Part shown: in pieces, positions 39,772 to 54,214 of the stretch
Position numbering within the stretch: position 1 is the stretch's first letter
Layout of the letters: the number at the start of each line of letters is the position of its first letter
Assembly: GCA_040954595.2 (NCBI GenBank)
Contig: CM082584.2
Coordinates: 3,414,110 to 3,478,109 of the forward strand
Direction of reading: 5' to 3'
Length of the DNA: 64,000 nucleotides
Source of the DNA: Balanoglossus misakiensis
Taxonomy: Eukaryota > Animalia > Hemichordata
Notes under the pieces: generated by a model
What the model was told of the DNA's origin: nothing
What the model saw: the letters and a program-made list of their open reading frames with translations, nothing else
Database searches by the model: none
Program-made: the position numbers and the translations under genes

Positions 39772-40866
39772 TAATATCATGATGTTCCCTCACACCACAC
39801 TGTGGGTCTACTGAACACTCGACCAACAGGCCCGCTGTTGGCTTCACATGGTGTACAGTATGATCTGTACCAACGGCCTACCAACTAACTTAGTGTGTGT
39901 TTGTAGGACAAAATCCCTGCCAAAAAACCAAGCAACCAACGCCCAAAACATTCCTTGTTGCCATATGCAAGGCACGTATTCACGAGGGGACATGACCACA
40001 CACGTAAAAACGAAGCAAGTCGACATATAGCCGGTAAGCAAATGCAAACGAGAATTAACAAGCTGTTGTTTATCGTTTAACATGTGTACATGTATTGTGG
40101 TCTAAGATTCGTGTATTTTTCAGTTGTCCACATCAAGATATCGACCCTATTTACATAAATGTGTAAATCAACTGATCAATTTTATCAGTAAATAAAGAAC
40201 TACACTAAGTAACGATATCAAGATATTGTCATTTTCAAATTACATGTAGCTTAGCTTAGGACGAGATATTGAAATAGACAGGGAAATGAGATATCCAGAA
40301 TTAATGATGTAATGTTAAAAATGTGTTTTTTATGCTCACTAAGTCTCCAAATGTATTGTTAAATAAGCAAATGAGATTGCTGATTTGCATAGCTTTTGTC
40401 ACTATCGGTTAGCCACAACAATAGATAAGCAAATTTGCAGCATGGCCTTAAAGTCTTAACTGAACAATAAAGCTTTGTATACGTGTACAACAATGCTCTA
40501 TTGGCCCTGTCATCTTCATAGTGGGTAAATGTCTCAGATACCACAACCACATTTGTAAAAATTCAAAACGTTATATTCAAAACATTATATGCCTTTTGTA
40601 AACACAGAGAATTAATCCTTTTTTCCACACACACAAAGTTTATGTATAGGCGCTGGCTCGGCCAACAGTCAAGTGCAGATAGATGGACAGACTGATGAAC
40701 AACAGTCTATGTCCTGAAAATCTCTGAGTCGAAAGTAGAGCTAAACATCTTGTTTTTGTTGTTGAAAAACAATCTAGCGTTTGGTGAGCGCCATATATAT
40801 TTTCATTCTCGAAGAAAATGTTCCTGTTTTCAGGAATGAATCTGCATCAATCCTGACGTTTTGGAT

Positions 40867-43418
40867 ATGAAGTGGCTAACGTCTGTCCAGAAGGTGATGG
40901 TTTCACTGGTGGCCATAATGGTTGTTATTTTTGTAGTTATGGAGTATATAGGCCAACTAAAACTAACACACTTGAGACCCATGAGAAGTAGATACCTACA
41001 AGCTCAGATTCCAAGAAGGTGAGTGTTTAAACCTGTGTATTGCAATAAAATAATTTTGCAAAACTGTTTGATTAAAGCCCCATGAGCTGCAACGTTTCAT
41101 AAATTTCTTTTCAAACTATACTACCATTAGCGCATACAGATATATGCACAGTCAAGTACTATTAACCCCGGGTATGATTGCATATGCAAGTTTTAACCAG
41201 ATAAATAATATAGCTTTGCCGTAAAGCAAATATTGCCGCCACCGCGGGAAAATGCAAAATACAATAAAAACGTTGCATTTCAAACTTTGAAACTTCATAA
41301 ACAAAGCATGATCTCATCCACTAGACACATGGAAGGAAATGAACTCCACTGATTATTTCATTTTCATTTTTCATTGCAATATTTCACAGTTTTTTAATAA
41401 AGCAACTAAACTAACTACCCAATGAAATCCACGCGGCAGAATAAAGATGGCAGCAGTTATGTTCGTATCCAATCAAAACGAGCTACGAACGTGTTAGACT
41501 GGCCAATAACTGCCATTGACAGACAATAAATATTAAAAAGCAGAGGAAGTGACCAATTACAAAGCATGTCTTTTTACACAGATGGTGTATCTGACAGACT
41601 GTGCATCTGTGTTGTCGATGATAACACAAGTTATCATTATGCTATACATGTATATCCAAACATTTAATAAATGTATATCCAAACATCCTACATCATGTAT
41701 ACGGGTATATCCAAAGATTCTTATTAATGTATATTCAAACATCAATTTGATGACTATTATGATTTTCTTCTAATAAACATACGAACTTTTTGTTACTCCA
41801 TAACACCATTAACTGATTACAGGAGAGTGATAAGGAACCGTATGCATGCATACTTACTCCAGAAGCACGGATAGCATTATCGTCTATCGATGGAATATTT
41901 GCTGGCGTAGCCTAATACAAATTCTTTCTTTAAATTTGTTCGCTTATAACGTTGAACGAATTTGTTTGATGTACTATCTCGATTTATTGGGTGGGGTGCA
42001 ACATCTTACGTATTATTAACATAAATTTGCATGCAAATGATTTGGAATGAACCATGTCCTCTTTATCTCGATAGCTCACCTGAACCAAATAGTACTCAAA
42101 CACATTCAGCGATGGAACATCTTCTGGAAGACCCAAGGCATGCGACTAGCTTGGTCCAGCTAAGGTTAGTATACGGATAGGTCAGACTCGATGGCATATA
42201 AATTGATGATTTGTGGGCGACGAATCGTTTGTGAACTAGCTATTAACATTTTTGATGAAATGTTGCATTTTTGTTCATTTCATCACACTTGCCTCTCTCA
42301 TGTTTTCTGTCCAGGAACATCATCTCAAAAAGAGTAACACTGAAAAGTACTGTTGCAATATTCCGATCAAATGCTGCCTTGGATTTAGTTCTGAACAAAG
42401 GATTCCCCCAGGATGCCACAGAACCGGATGCCCCTCTTTCTAGTAGCGCCCGTATACAATATGATATCCTATTCTCTACCCTGAAACAGCAGAAGTCATG
42501 CGCATTGGTGGGAAACGGTGGTATTCTCAAAAACAGCGAATGTGGACGTGAGATTGACAGTCATGATTTTGTGATGAGAGTAAATTTACCTAAATTAATT
42601 GGATTTGAGAAGGATGTCGGAAGGAAAACTGATTTACAAGCGATCAACCATCGGGTCAGCCTCCACTTGTCTAAAGCCTTGAAGTCCAGGGGTAAACATG
42701 GAAAGAAAAGAACGATGTGGTCAGACTCCTTGGAGAGGCTTGCTAACTTGGACAACTCAATTGTTTGGTTGCCCTATAGCTTGTCAGGACGAGACAGTAA
42801 ATTGAACGAATCAAAATTGATGATGCAAAATGTGCTCCGACAAACGAAGTTAGGGGTGGAAGCCATGGACTACAGGATTGCATTCTCTCCGGTATCCTTG
42901 TGGCCGGAACTCATCAGGAGGTGCGTGTTTTATAAACACAAATAAACAAAACAAACACAATACAAACAAAAAACAAACGAACGTACAAACAGACAAATAG
43001 AGACATACAGACTGGCTCCAAACCACCTGCTCAATACTAGTACGCAAGATCTGCCAATGAACGATATGAACCGACAGTATTAAGACTACTAAACAGAGAA
43101 TTAAAAAAAAAACAATTTCATGGCGAATAAAATCTTAAAATTACACTTTATATTTTCAGGATATGGAACAGACGAAGAAACAGCGAGGGTTTTATACTAT
43201 TTACCATGTCAACGCTTTTCTGCGAGAAACTAAACCTCTATGGTTTTTGGCCCTTTTCTGAGGACTCGAGAGGGCGCAAGTTGAATCACCACTATTACGA
43301 TAAGTCAAGGTACAATGCCTCCTCAAAAAATGTCATACCTACGGAGTTTGAAATTTTTCAAGATTTCAGTCGCTCAAACGTCATAAGACTCGTTACACAG
43401 AATTGTGCCAAACATTGA
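40867..43418 (+). CDS. ST8Sia-like alpha-2,8-sialyltransferase homolog (GT29), copy 1, about 368 aa, type II membrane protein
   Basis: Exons 40867-41018 (TM), 42075-42164, 42315-42920 and 43160-43418, all phase-2 introns, 1107 nt open. Sialylmotif [31 protein letters not shown] ..[21 protein letters not shown]-terminal Cys. Confidence 0.93.
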
Positions 43419-45644
43419 ATAATACGAACTTATTGGTTTTCAAACGATAACTGATTGACGGGCTTGTATACAGAATAAGCCAATGGCTATACTATTCTTT
43501 GATATCAAATGACGCCAGACGCATTCACATTACTTTTGGGCTACGCGGTGCAGACTCGGAGGATGACTGTGCAGATGAAACGCCATGCCGCTAATGAGGC
43601 GTCATGCCTGATCCATGTTCATGTTACGTATCTGGCGATTCTAAAGAATAAACATATTCTGACAACATTTTACTGGATGCCGCCATGCTGTTTGCCGGTC
43701 ACTCGGAAATGAAAAAGCTGTGGGTCACATGTGAAAATGTCAAGAGTGTTTTTCAGAATTCAACATATGATAACCATGTTCCTCATTGCAGTAGTCCCCT
43801 ACCTTAAATCAAGTCTTCTAGTCTATCTTTGGCAGTAAGATATTTCTCATACTCCTCGCAAAAACTTCTTTAAAATTTTAACCTAGCTGGGGCGTCTGAA
43901 CGATACTTTAGCTGGGCATTACTATATTATGAAACGACCCAACAAGAACCAAAACGACAAAAACGACTCCAAAAATAAGAGTTCGCTTTCAAGGCCATTG
44001 GGAACTTGTTGGGGGCTGCCATCTTGGTTTCTCAACAGTGACGCTGAAGGGCGTTCTCCATAACTTGATTGCAACGGAACGGCATGCGATATGTATGAAC
44101 CCCGTTGTTTTATATTCATTCAGTTTCTGACGCTACATCTTCGAAATGGCGAAATATTCTGAGGCATTCAATATTGACTATTTATGCAAATGAGTTTATG
44201 GAAAACCTGAGGAAGTGTTTTTACTGTATATTAGTAAAAGTGAGTTTTCTAGCTTTTGTCAATGTTATCCTATGGAAAAACCAGATGAAACTTTACACAC
44301 ATTTGGATATTACAATTTACATCCATTGCTGTCGGCAACACCTAACACGTGACATCGTTCAATCCTTACAAGTGTCTTGTCTGTACACTGTGGTCATATA
44401 GCCAGGTGGAGATTTGAGAAATTGTGACCCCCTCTGGCATTTTTTGGTACAAGCAAATCAAATATGTTTTTTGGTCAATTTAGTACACATTAACGCACAT
44501 CTGAGCCAAGTACGACACCCAAGTGGATTAAACATACATGTATATATGTTGCCTCACTGACACAATCTTCACTTTGCACACAGTATCATATATAAAAACA
44601 ACACATTACTCTTTACTTATGAAGAGAAATTGTTGTTAGAGACCGGGTTTCAAAAAAACACCGAGGACGTCGGGCCATCAGTGTGCATTCAACGTCTTAT
44701 AACTAAGCATGAATATACGGTGCTGGCATAATGTGAGTGTGGCCATACGATGCTTTCGCTATTAATGAACAACTTGTATGTTAACAAATGCCAGTTTCGT
44801 TGGCAAAAAGTATGTTTTTGGCTTTTCACAACATTGAACATACATTCATAGTTCAATAACGTGTGAATTGTGGACGTAAACGTTCATACGTTCAATGTTC
44901 TGGTGTTTTTTAACGGAGCGATCGGTCACGATGTTACCAACGAGCATGTACAGTCTAAACTAAATCCTCGTTGTGTATGTTTATTTGTTTGTTTTTGTTG
45001 TTTTTTACATGCTATTACATACAAATATGAAAAGTTTCATTTCAGTTATTCATTAAAATGCAAACATTTGCCAAAAAACATGTGAATAGACACCGCACAT
45101 GCCATAGTTGTATCATTAGCTTTCAGTTGTCAATTTTAGCATGACATCATGACTAATTAAGCTAATTTTGCATATTTTCCATGCTGCACCTTGTCTGACA
45201 AGGTAAACGATTGCATATTTGAATTCCTTGACCCTGAAAACATTGGAATAGACACCTCATTTAACACCGTTGGCTCTCTTTTGTAGACCATTGATTTTAG
45301 ATGGGCGTGTCACCAAATTAACATAAATTAGCATTTTTACCAATTCACCAAATGTTTCTAAATTAAAAAAAATGTGTAAAAATATTTAAATGATATAAGA
45401 ATATGATTTCAATAGACTATTATGGTGTTGACCTTTGATATTGCACCATAATGGCTACAAACAGCGTTTTCTTTTAGGTATTTTGAAATTATGACGTCAC
45501 AAATTAATTTGCAATTTTCGACATGAAAACGTGAAAAGAATTTTTGGGAACAGGCAAATTCGAAATCAGCGTATTCGAAATATCCAAAAACAACTTGTTC
45601 CCAGCTTGTACCAAAAAATGCCTGACATGCTTTTAAAAATATAA

Positions 45645-46025
45645 TATTTAAAGCCTAATCACTCCGCTCAAGAATATTGCCTATTGTTAAGGATTGGGAA
45701 GCTCGCATTGTTGAAGGCATATCCTGAGTGAAGTGCAGGCCAACCATACCAACGAAAAAAAAAGGGGGGGGGGGGCGGGCGTGCGGTGAAATTGCCCCTT
45801 ACAACTAGTGCCTATCCGTCCAACATTCCCTTTGGCCCTCTACATTAAGGCCATTTCTTACCCCCTATCCTTCGTTATATTCCTTGTAGCTTCTGCCCTT
45901 CCCTGTGCGAGGAAATGACACAGAGTCTTCTGCCCTGTTCTTCTTTTATACCTTTGTCATTCTTATGAATATTAATGAGATAACACCTGGCGGAATATTA
46001 TCGCTACGTGATTAGGTTTTGAATA
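45645..46025. mobile_element. Element E1: 381-bp non-autonomous element with TATT...AATA imperfect TIRs and a 6-bp direct repeat ATATAA
   Basis: Left TATTTAAAGCCTAATCAC versus reverse complement of right TATTCAAAACCTAATCAC (16/18); ATATAA at 45639-45644 and 46026-46031; both ends recur at 52559-52610 (inverted) and 54771-54893. Confidence 0.85.
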
Positions 46026-48831
46026 ATATAAGAATTACACCTTACGCGAGTCAAGGCGTAAGGTATTCATAAAAAAAAAACTTTACGCGAGTCAAGGCGT
46101 TAAAGTATTTGAGAATTACACCTTACACGAGTCAAGGCGTAAAGGTATTCATAAAACAAACTTTACGCGAGTCAAGGCGTTAAAGTATTTGAGAATTACA
46201 CCTTACGCGAGTCAAGGCGTAAAGGTATTCATAAAAAAAATTTACTCGAGTCAAGGCGTTAAAGTATGTGAGAATTACACCTTACTCGAGTCAAGGCGTA
46301 AAGGTATTCATAAAAAAACTTTACGCGAGTCAAGGCGTCAAAGTATGTGAGAATTACACCTTACTCGAGTCAAGGCGTAAAGGTATTCATAAAAAACTTT
46401 ACGCGAGTGAAGGCGTTAAAGTATGTGAGAATTACACGTTACTCGAGTCAAGGCGTAAATGTATTCATAAAAAAAAAAAAAACTTTACGTGAGTCAAGGC
46501 GTTAAAGTATGTGAGAATTACACCTTACTCGAGTCAAGGCGTAAATGTATTCATAAAAAAAAAAAAAACTTTACGTGAGTCAAGGCGTTAAAGTATGTGA
46601 GAATTACACCTTACCAGGGTCAAGGCGTAAAGGTATTCATAAAAAAACTTTACGCGAGTCAAGGCGTCAAAGTATGTGAGAATTACACCTTACTCGAGTC
46701 AAGGCGTAAAGGTATTCATAAAAAACTTTACGCGAGTGAAGGCGTTAAAGTATGTGAGAATTACACGTTACTCGAGTCAAGGCGTAAATGTATTCATAAA
46801 AAAAAAAAAAACTTTACGTGAGTCAAGGCGTTAAAGTATGTGAGAATTACACCTTACTCGAGTCAAGGCGTAAATGTATTCATAAAAAAAAAAAAAACTT
46901 TACGTGAGTCAAGGCGTTAAAGTATGTGAGAATTACACCTTACTCGAGTCAAGGCGTAAATGTATTCATAAAAAAAAAAAAAACTTTACGTGAGTCAAGG
47001 CGTTAAAGTATGTGAGAATTACACCTTACTCGAGTCAAGGCGTAAATGTATTCATAAAAAAACTTTACGCGAGTCAAGGCGTTAAAGTATTTGAGAATTA
47101 CACCTTACGCGAGTCAAGGCGTAAAGGTATTCATAAAAAAACTTTACGTGAGTCAAGGCGTTAAAGTATGTGAGAATTACACCTTACGCGAGTCAAGGCG
47201 TAAAGGTATTCATAAAAAAACTTTACGTGAGTCAAGGCGTTAAAGTATGTGAGAATTACACCTTACGCGAGTCAAGGCGTAAAGGTATTCATAAAAAAAC
47301 TTTACGTGAGTCAAGGCGTTAAAGTATGTGAGAATTACACCTTACGCGAGTCAAGGCGTAAAGGTATTCATAAAAAAACTTTACGTGAGTCAAGGCGTTA
47401 AAGTATGTGAGAATTACACCTTACGCGAGTCAAGGCGTAAAGGTATTCATAAAAAAACTTTACGTGAGTCAAGGCGTTAAAGTATGTGAGAATTACACCT
47501 TACGCGAGTCAAGGCGTAAAGGTATTCATAAAAAAACTTTACGTGAGTCAAGGCGTTAAAGTATGTGAGAATTACACCTTACGCGAGTCAAGGCGTAAAG
47601 GTATTCATAAAAAAACTTTACGTGAGTCAAGGCGTTAAAGTATTTGAGAATTACACCTTACGCGAGTCAAGGCGTAAAGGTATTCATAAAAAAACTTTAC
47701 GCGAGTCAAGGCGTTAAAGTATGTGAGAATTACACCTTACTCGAGTCAAGGCGTAAATGTATTCATAAAAAAACTTTACGTGAGTCAAGGCGTTAAAGTA
47801 TGTGAGAATTACACCTTACGCGAGTCAAGGCGTAAAGGTATTCATAAAAAAACTTTACGCGAGTCAAGGCGTTAAAGTATTTGAGAATTACACCTTACCA
47901 GGGTCAAGGCGTAAAGGTATTCATAAAAAAACTTTACGCGAGTCAAGGCGTCAAAGTATGTGAGAATTACACCTTACTCGAGTCAAGGCGTAAAGGTATT
48001 CATAAAAAACTTTACGCGAGTGAAGGCGTTAAAGTATGTGAGAATTACACCTTACTCGAGTCAAGGCGTAAATGTATTCATAAAAAAACTTTACGTGAGT
48101 CAAGGCGTTAAAGTATGTGAGAATTACACCTTACGCGAGTCAAGGCGTAAAGGTATTCATAAAAAAACTTTACGCGAGTCAAGGCGTTAAAGTATTTGAG
48201 AATTACACCTTACGCGAGTCAAGGCGTAAAGGTATTCATAAAAAAACTTTACGTGAGTCAAGGCGTTAAAGTATTTGAGAATTACACCTTACGCGAGTCA
48301 AGGCGTAAATGTATTCATAAAAAAAAAAAAAACTTTACGTGAGTCAAGGCGTTAAAGTATGTGAGAATTACACCTTACTCGAGTCAAGGCGTAAATGTAT
48401 TCATAAAAAAAAAAAAAACTTTACGTGAGTCAAGGCGTTAAAGTATGTGAGAATTACACCTTACTCGAGTCAAGGCGTAAATGTATTCATAAAAAAAAAA
48501 AAAACTTTACGCGAGTGAAGGCGTTAAAGTATGTGAGAATTACACCTTACTCGAGTCAAGGCGTAAATGTATTCATAAAAAAAAAAAAAACTTTACGTGA
48601 GTCAAGGCGTTAAAGTATGTGAGAATTACACCTTACTCGAGTCAAGGCGTAAATGTATTCATAAAAAAAAAAAAAAACTTTACGTGAGTCAAGGCGTTAA
48701 AGTATGTGAGAATTACACCTTACTCGAGTCAAGGCGTAAATGTATTCATAAAAAAAAAAAAACTTTACGTGAGTCAAGGCGTTAAAGTATGTGAGAATTA
48801 CACCTTACTCGAGTCAAGGCGTAAATGTATT

Positions 48832-48865
<34 letters not shown>

Positions 48866-51800
48866 TTACGCGAGTCAAGGCGTTAAAGTATGTGAGAATT
48901 ACACCTTACGCGAGTCAAGGCGTAAAGGTATTCATAAAAACTTTACCCGAGTCAAGGTGTTAAAGTATTTGAGAATTACACCTTACGCGAGTCAAGGCTT
49001 AAAGGTATTCATAGAAAAAACTTTACCCGAGTCAAGGCGTTAAAAGTATGTGAGAATTACACCTTACTCGAGTCAAGGCGTAAATGTATTCATAAAAAAA
49101 CTTTACGCGAGTCAAGGCGTTAAAGTATTTGAGAATTACACCTTACGCGAGTCAAGGCGTAAAGGTATTCATAAAAAAACTTTACGTGAGTCAAGGCGTT
49201 AAAGTATGTGAGAATTACACCTTACGCGAGTCAAGGCGTAAAGGTATTCATAAAAAAACTTTACGTGAGTCAAGGCGTTAAAGTATGTGAGAATTACACC
49301 TTACGCGAGTCAAGGCGTAAAGGTATTCATAAAAAAACTTTACGTGAGTCAAGGCGTTAAAGTATGTGAGAATTACACCTTACGCGAGTCAAGGCGTAAA
49401 GGTATTCATAAAAAAACTTTACGTGAGTCAAGGCGTTAAAGTATGTGAGAATTACACCTTACGCGAGTCAAGGCGTAAAGGTATTCATAAAAAAAATTTA
49501 CGTGAGTCAAGGCGTTAAAGTATGTGAGAATTACACCTTACGCGAGTCAAGGCGTAAAGGTATTCATAAAAAAACTTTACGTGAGTCAAGGCGTTAAAGT
49601 ATGTGAGAATTACACCTTACGCGAGTCAAGGCGTAAAGGTATTCATAAAAAAACTTTACGTGAGTCAAGGCGTTAAAGTATTTGAGAATTACACCTTACG
49701 CGAGTCAAGGCGTAAAGGTATTCATAAAAAAACTTTACGCGAGTCAAGGCGTTAAAGTATGTGAGAATTACACCTTACTCGAGTCAAGGCGTAAATGTAT
49801 TCATAAAAAAACTTTACGTGAGTCAAGGCGTTAAAGTATGTGAGAATTACACCTTACGCGAGTCAAGGCGTAAAGGTATTCATAAAAAAACTTTACGCGA
49901 GTCAAGGCGTTAAAAGTATGTGAGAATTACACCTTACTCGAGTCAAGGCGTAAAGGTATTCATAAAAAAACTTTACGTGAGTCAAGGCGTTAAAGTATGT
50001 GAGAATTACACCTTACGCGAGTCAAGGCGTAAAGGTATTCATAAAAAAACTTTACGTGAGTCAAGGCGTTAAAGTATGTGAGAATTACACCTTACGCGAG
50101 TCAAGGCGTAAAGGTATTCATAAAAAAACTTTACGTGAGTCAAGGCGTTAAAGTATTTGAGAATTACACCTTACTCGAGTCAAGGCGTAAATGTATTCAT
50201 AAAAAAACTTTACGTGAGTCAAGGCGTTAAAGTATGTGAGAATTACACCTTACGCGAGTCAAGGCGTAAAGGTATTCATAAAAAAACTTTACGCGAGTCA
50301 AGGCGTTAAAGTATTTGAGAATTACACCTTACCAGGGTCAAGGCGTAAAGGTATTCATAAAAAAACTTTACGTGAGTCAAGGCGTTAAAGTATGTGAGAA
50401 TTACACCTTACGCGAGTCAAGGCGTAAAGGTATTCATAAAAAAACTTTACGTGAGTCAAGGCGTTAAAGTATGTGAGAATTACACCTTACGCGAGTCAAG
50501 GCGTAAAGGTATTCATAAAAAAACTTTATGTGAGTCAAGGCGTTAAAGTATGTGAGAATTACACCTTACGCGAGTCAAGGCGTAAAGGTATTCATAAAAA
50601 AACTTTACGCGAGTCAAGGCGTTAAAGTATGTGAGAATTACACCTTACGCGAGTCAAGGCGTAAAGGTATTCATAAAAAAACTTTACGCGAGTCAAGGCG
50701 TTAAAGTATTTGAGAATTACACCTTACGCGAGTCAAGGCGTAAAGGTATTCATAAAAAAACTTTACGCGAGTCAAGGCGTTAAAGTATTTGAGAATTACA
50801 CCTTACGCGAGTCAAGGCGTAAAGGTATTCATAAAAAAACTTTACGTGAGTCAAGGCGTTAAAGTATGTGAGAATTACACCTTACGCGAGTCAAGGCGTA
50901 AAGGTATTCATAAAAAAACTTTACGTGAGTCAAGGCGTTAAAGTATGTGAGAATTACACCTTACGCGAGTCAAGGCGTAAAGGTATTCATAAAAAAACTT
51001 TACGTGAGTCAAGGCGTTAAAGTATGTGAGAATTACACCTTACGCGAGTCAAGGCGTAAAGGTATTCATAAAAAAACTTTACGTGAGTCAAGGCGTTAAA
51101 GTATGTGAGAATTACACCTTACGCGAGTCAAGGCGTAAAGGTATTCATAAAAAAACTTTACGTGAGTCAAGGCGTTAAAGTATGTGAGAATTACACCTTA
51201 CGCGAGTCAAGGCGTAAAGGTATTCATAAAAAAACTTTATGTGAGTCAAGGCGTTAAAGTATGTGAGAATTACACCTTACGCGAGTCAAGGCGTAAATGT
51301 ATTCATAAAAAAAAAAAAACTTTACGTGAGTCAAGGCGTTAAAGTATGTGAGAATTACACCTTACTCGAGTCAAGGCGTAAATGTATTCATAAAAAAAAA
51401 AAAAACTTTACGTGAGTCAAGGCGTTAAAGTATGTGAGAATTACACCTTACTCGAGTCAAGGCGTAAATGTATTCATAAAAAAAAAAAAAACTTTACGCG
51501 AGTGAAGGCGTTAAAGTATGTGAGAATTACACCTTACTCGAGTCAAGGCGTAAATGTATTCATAAAAAAAAAAAAACTTTACGTGAGTCAAGGCGTTAAA
51601 GTATGTGAGAATTACACCTTACTCGAGTCAAGGCGTAAATGTATTCATAAAAAAAAAAAAAAATTTACGTGAGTCAAGGCGTTAAAGTATGTGAGAATTA
51701 CACCTTACTCGAGTCAAGGCGTAAATGTATTCATAAAAAAAAAAAAAAATTTACGTGAGTCAAGGCGTTAAAGTATGTGAGAATTACACCTTACTCGAGT

Positions 51801-52320
51801 CAAGGCGTAAATGTATTCATAAAAAAAAAAAAAAATTTACGTGAGTCAAGGCGTTAAAGTATGTGAGAATTACACCTTACTCGAGTCAAGGCGTAAATGT
51901 ATTCATAAAAAAAAAAAAAAAAAAAAAAAAAAACTTTACGCGAGTCAAGGCGTTAAAGTATGTGAGAATTACACCTTACGCGAGTCAAGGCGTAAAGGTA
52001 TTCATAAAAACTTTACCCGAGTCAAGGTGTTAAAGTATTTGAGAATTACACCTTACGCGAGTCAAGGCTTAAAGGTATTCATAGAAAAAACTTTACCCGA
52101 GTCAAGGCGTTAAAAGTATGTGAGAATTACACCTTACGCGAGTCAAGGCGTAAAGGTATTCATAAAAAAAACTTTACGCGAGTCAAGGCGTTAAAGTATT
52201 TGAGAATTACACCTTACGCGAGTCAAGGCGTAAAGGTATTCATAAAAAAAAACTTTACGCGAGTCAAGGCGTTAAAGTATGTGAGAATTACACCTTACGC
52301 GAGTCAAGGCGTAAAGGTAT
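46026..52320 (+). repeat. 79-bp satellite (dimer of hairpin subunits, variable A-tract), roughly 77 copies
   Basis: Monomer CTTTACGYGAGTCAAGGCGTTAAAGTATGTGAGAATTACACCTTACGCGAGTCAAGGCGTAAAGGTATTCAT(A)n; period 79 (47221 to 47300). Confidence 0.98.
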
Positions 52321-52610
52321 GGAAAATATAGGCGTACTTAGTTCTACGCCTTGGAGGTTTAGACTTGCTTCACAAATGACAGAGCCCGAAGTGGGTCGTG
52401 TTACATAATGTGGGGGAAACAATATGTACCATGCAAATTGGTAAGAATGTGTTTTCTGTTGCAGGTGAAGCAACAACTGCAGGTGATGCAGAAAAAGTTG
52501 GATGAGTTGCAGCAAATGGCAGACAACAACTCGGTAGCAGACGCGCATCAAGGGTTCACAATCCTTAACAATAGGCAATATTCTTGAGCGGAGTGATTAG
52601 GCTTTAAATA
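52321..52610 (-). mobile_element. Element E2, left part (inverted): left terminus + internal intron/exon fragment
   Basis: 52559-52610 is the reverse complement of 45645-45696; it contains acceptor TTTTCTGTTGCAG and an exon VKQQLQVMQKKLDELQQMADNNSVADA from 52465 (+). Confidence 0.8.
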
Positions 52611-53866
52611 TCACATACTTTAACGCCTTGACTCGCGTAAAGTTTTTTTATGAATACCTTTACGCCTTGACCCTGGTAAGGTGTAATTCTCAAATACTTT
52701 AACGCCTTGACTCCGGTAAAGTTTTTTTTTTATGAATACCTTTACGCCTTGACTCGCGTAAGGTGTAATTCTCAAATACTTTAACGCCTTGACTCGGGTA
52801 AAGTTTTTTATGAATACCTTTACGCCTTGACTCGCGTAAGGTGTAATTCTCAAATACTTTAACGCCTTGACTCAGGTAAAGTTTTTTTATGAATACCTTT
52901 ACGCCTTGACTCGCGTAAGGTGTAATTCTCACATACTTTAACGCCTTGACTCGCGTAAAGTTTTTTTTTTTTATGAATACCTTTACGCCTTGACTCGCGT
53001 AAGGTGTAATTCTCACATTCTTTAACGCCTTGACTCGCGTTAAGTTTTTTTATGAATACCTTTACGCCTTGACTCGCGTAAGGTGTAATTCTCACATACT
53101 TTAACGCCTTGACTGGCGTAAAGATTTTTTTTTTTTATGAATACCTTTACGCTTTGACTCGCGTAAGGTGTAATTCTCACATACTTTGACGCCTTGACTC
53201 GCGTAAAGTTTTTTTATGAATACCTTTACGCCTTGACTCGCGTAAGGTGTAATTCTCACATACTTTAACGCCTTGACTCGCGTAAATTTTTTTTTTTTTT
53301 TTTTATGAATACCTTTACGCCTTGACTCGCGTAAGGTGTAATTCTCACATACTTTAACGCCTTGACTGGCGTAAAGATTTTTTTTTTTTATGAATACCTT
53401 TACGCTTTGACTCGCGTAAGGTGTAATTCTCACATACTTTGACGCCTTGACTCGCGTAAAGTTTTTTTATGAATACCTTTACGCCTTGACTCGCGTAAGG
53501 TGTAATTCTCACATACTTTAACGCCCTGACTCGCGTAAAGTTTTTTTTTTTTTTTTATGAATACCTTTACGCCTTGACTCGCGTAAGGTGTAATTCTCAA
53601 ATACTTTCACGCCTTGACTCGCGTAAAGTTTTTTTTTTTTATGAATACCTTTACGCCTTGACTCGCGTAAGGTGTAATTCTCACATACTTTCACGCCTTG
53701 ACTCGCGTAAATTTTTTTATGAATACCTTTACGCCTTGACTCGCGTAAGGTGTAATTCTCACATACTTTCACGCCTTGACGCGCGTAAAGTTTTTTATGA
53801 ATACCTTTACGCCTTGACTCGCGTAAGGTGTAATTCTCACCTACTTTAACGCCTTGACTCGCGTAA

Positions 53867-53901
<35 letters not shown>

Positions 53902-54214
53902 AATACATTTACGCCTTGACTCGAGTAAGGTGTAATTCTCACATACTTTAACGCCTTGACTCGCGTAAAGTTTTTTTTTTTTTATGAATACCTTTACGCC
54001 TTGACTCGAGTAAGGTGTAATTCTCACATACTTTAACGCCTTCACTCGCGTAAATTTTTTTATGAATACCTTTACGCCTTGACTCGCGTAAGGTGTAATT
54101 CTCACATACTTTCACGCCTTGACGCGCGTAAAGTTTTTTATGAATACCTTTACGCCTTGACTCGCGTAAGGTGTAATTCTCACCTACTTTAACGCCTTGA
54201 CTCGCGTAAAGTTT
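52611..54214 (-). repeat. 79-bp satellite block in inverted orientation, roughly 19-20 copies
   Basis: Reverse complement of the monomer at 46026-52320. Confidence 0.98.

Noticed and set aside
46026-54214. CRISPR-like palindromic repeats and the many MRITPY.../MSQGVKV... ORFs
   Set aside because: Sequences between hairpins are invariant apart from A-tract length, and the ORFs are translations of satellite with random frame switching.
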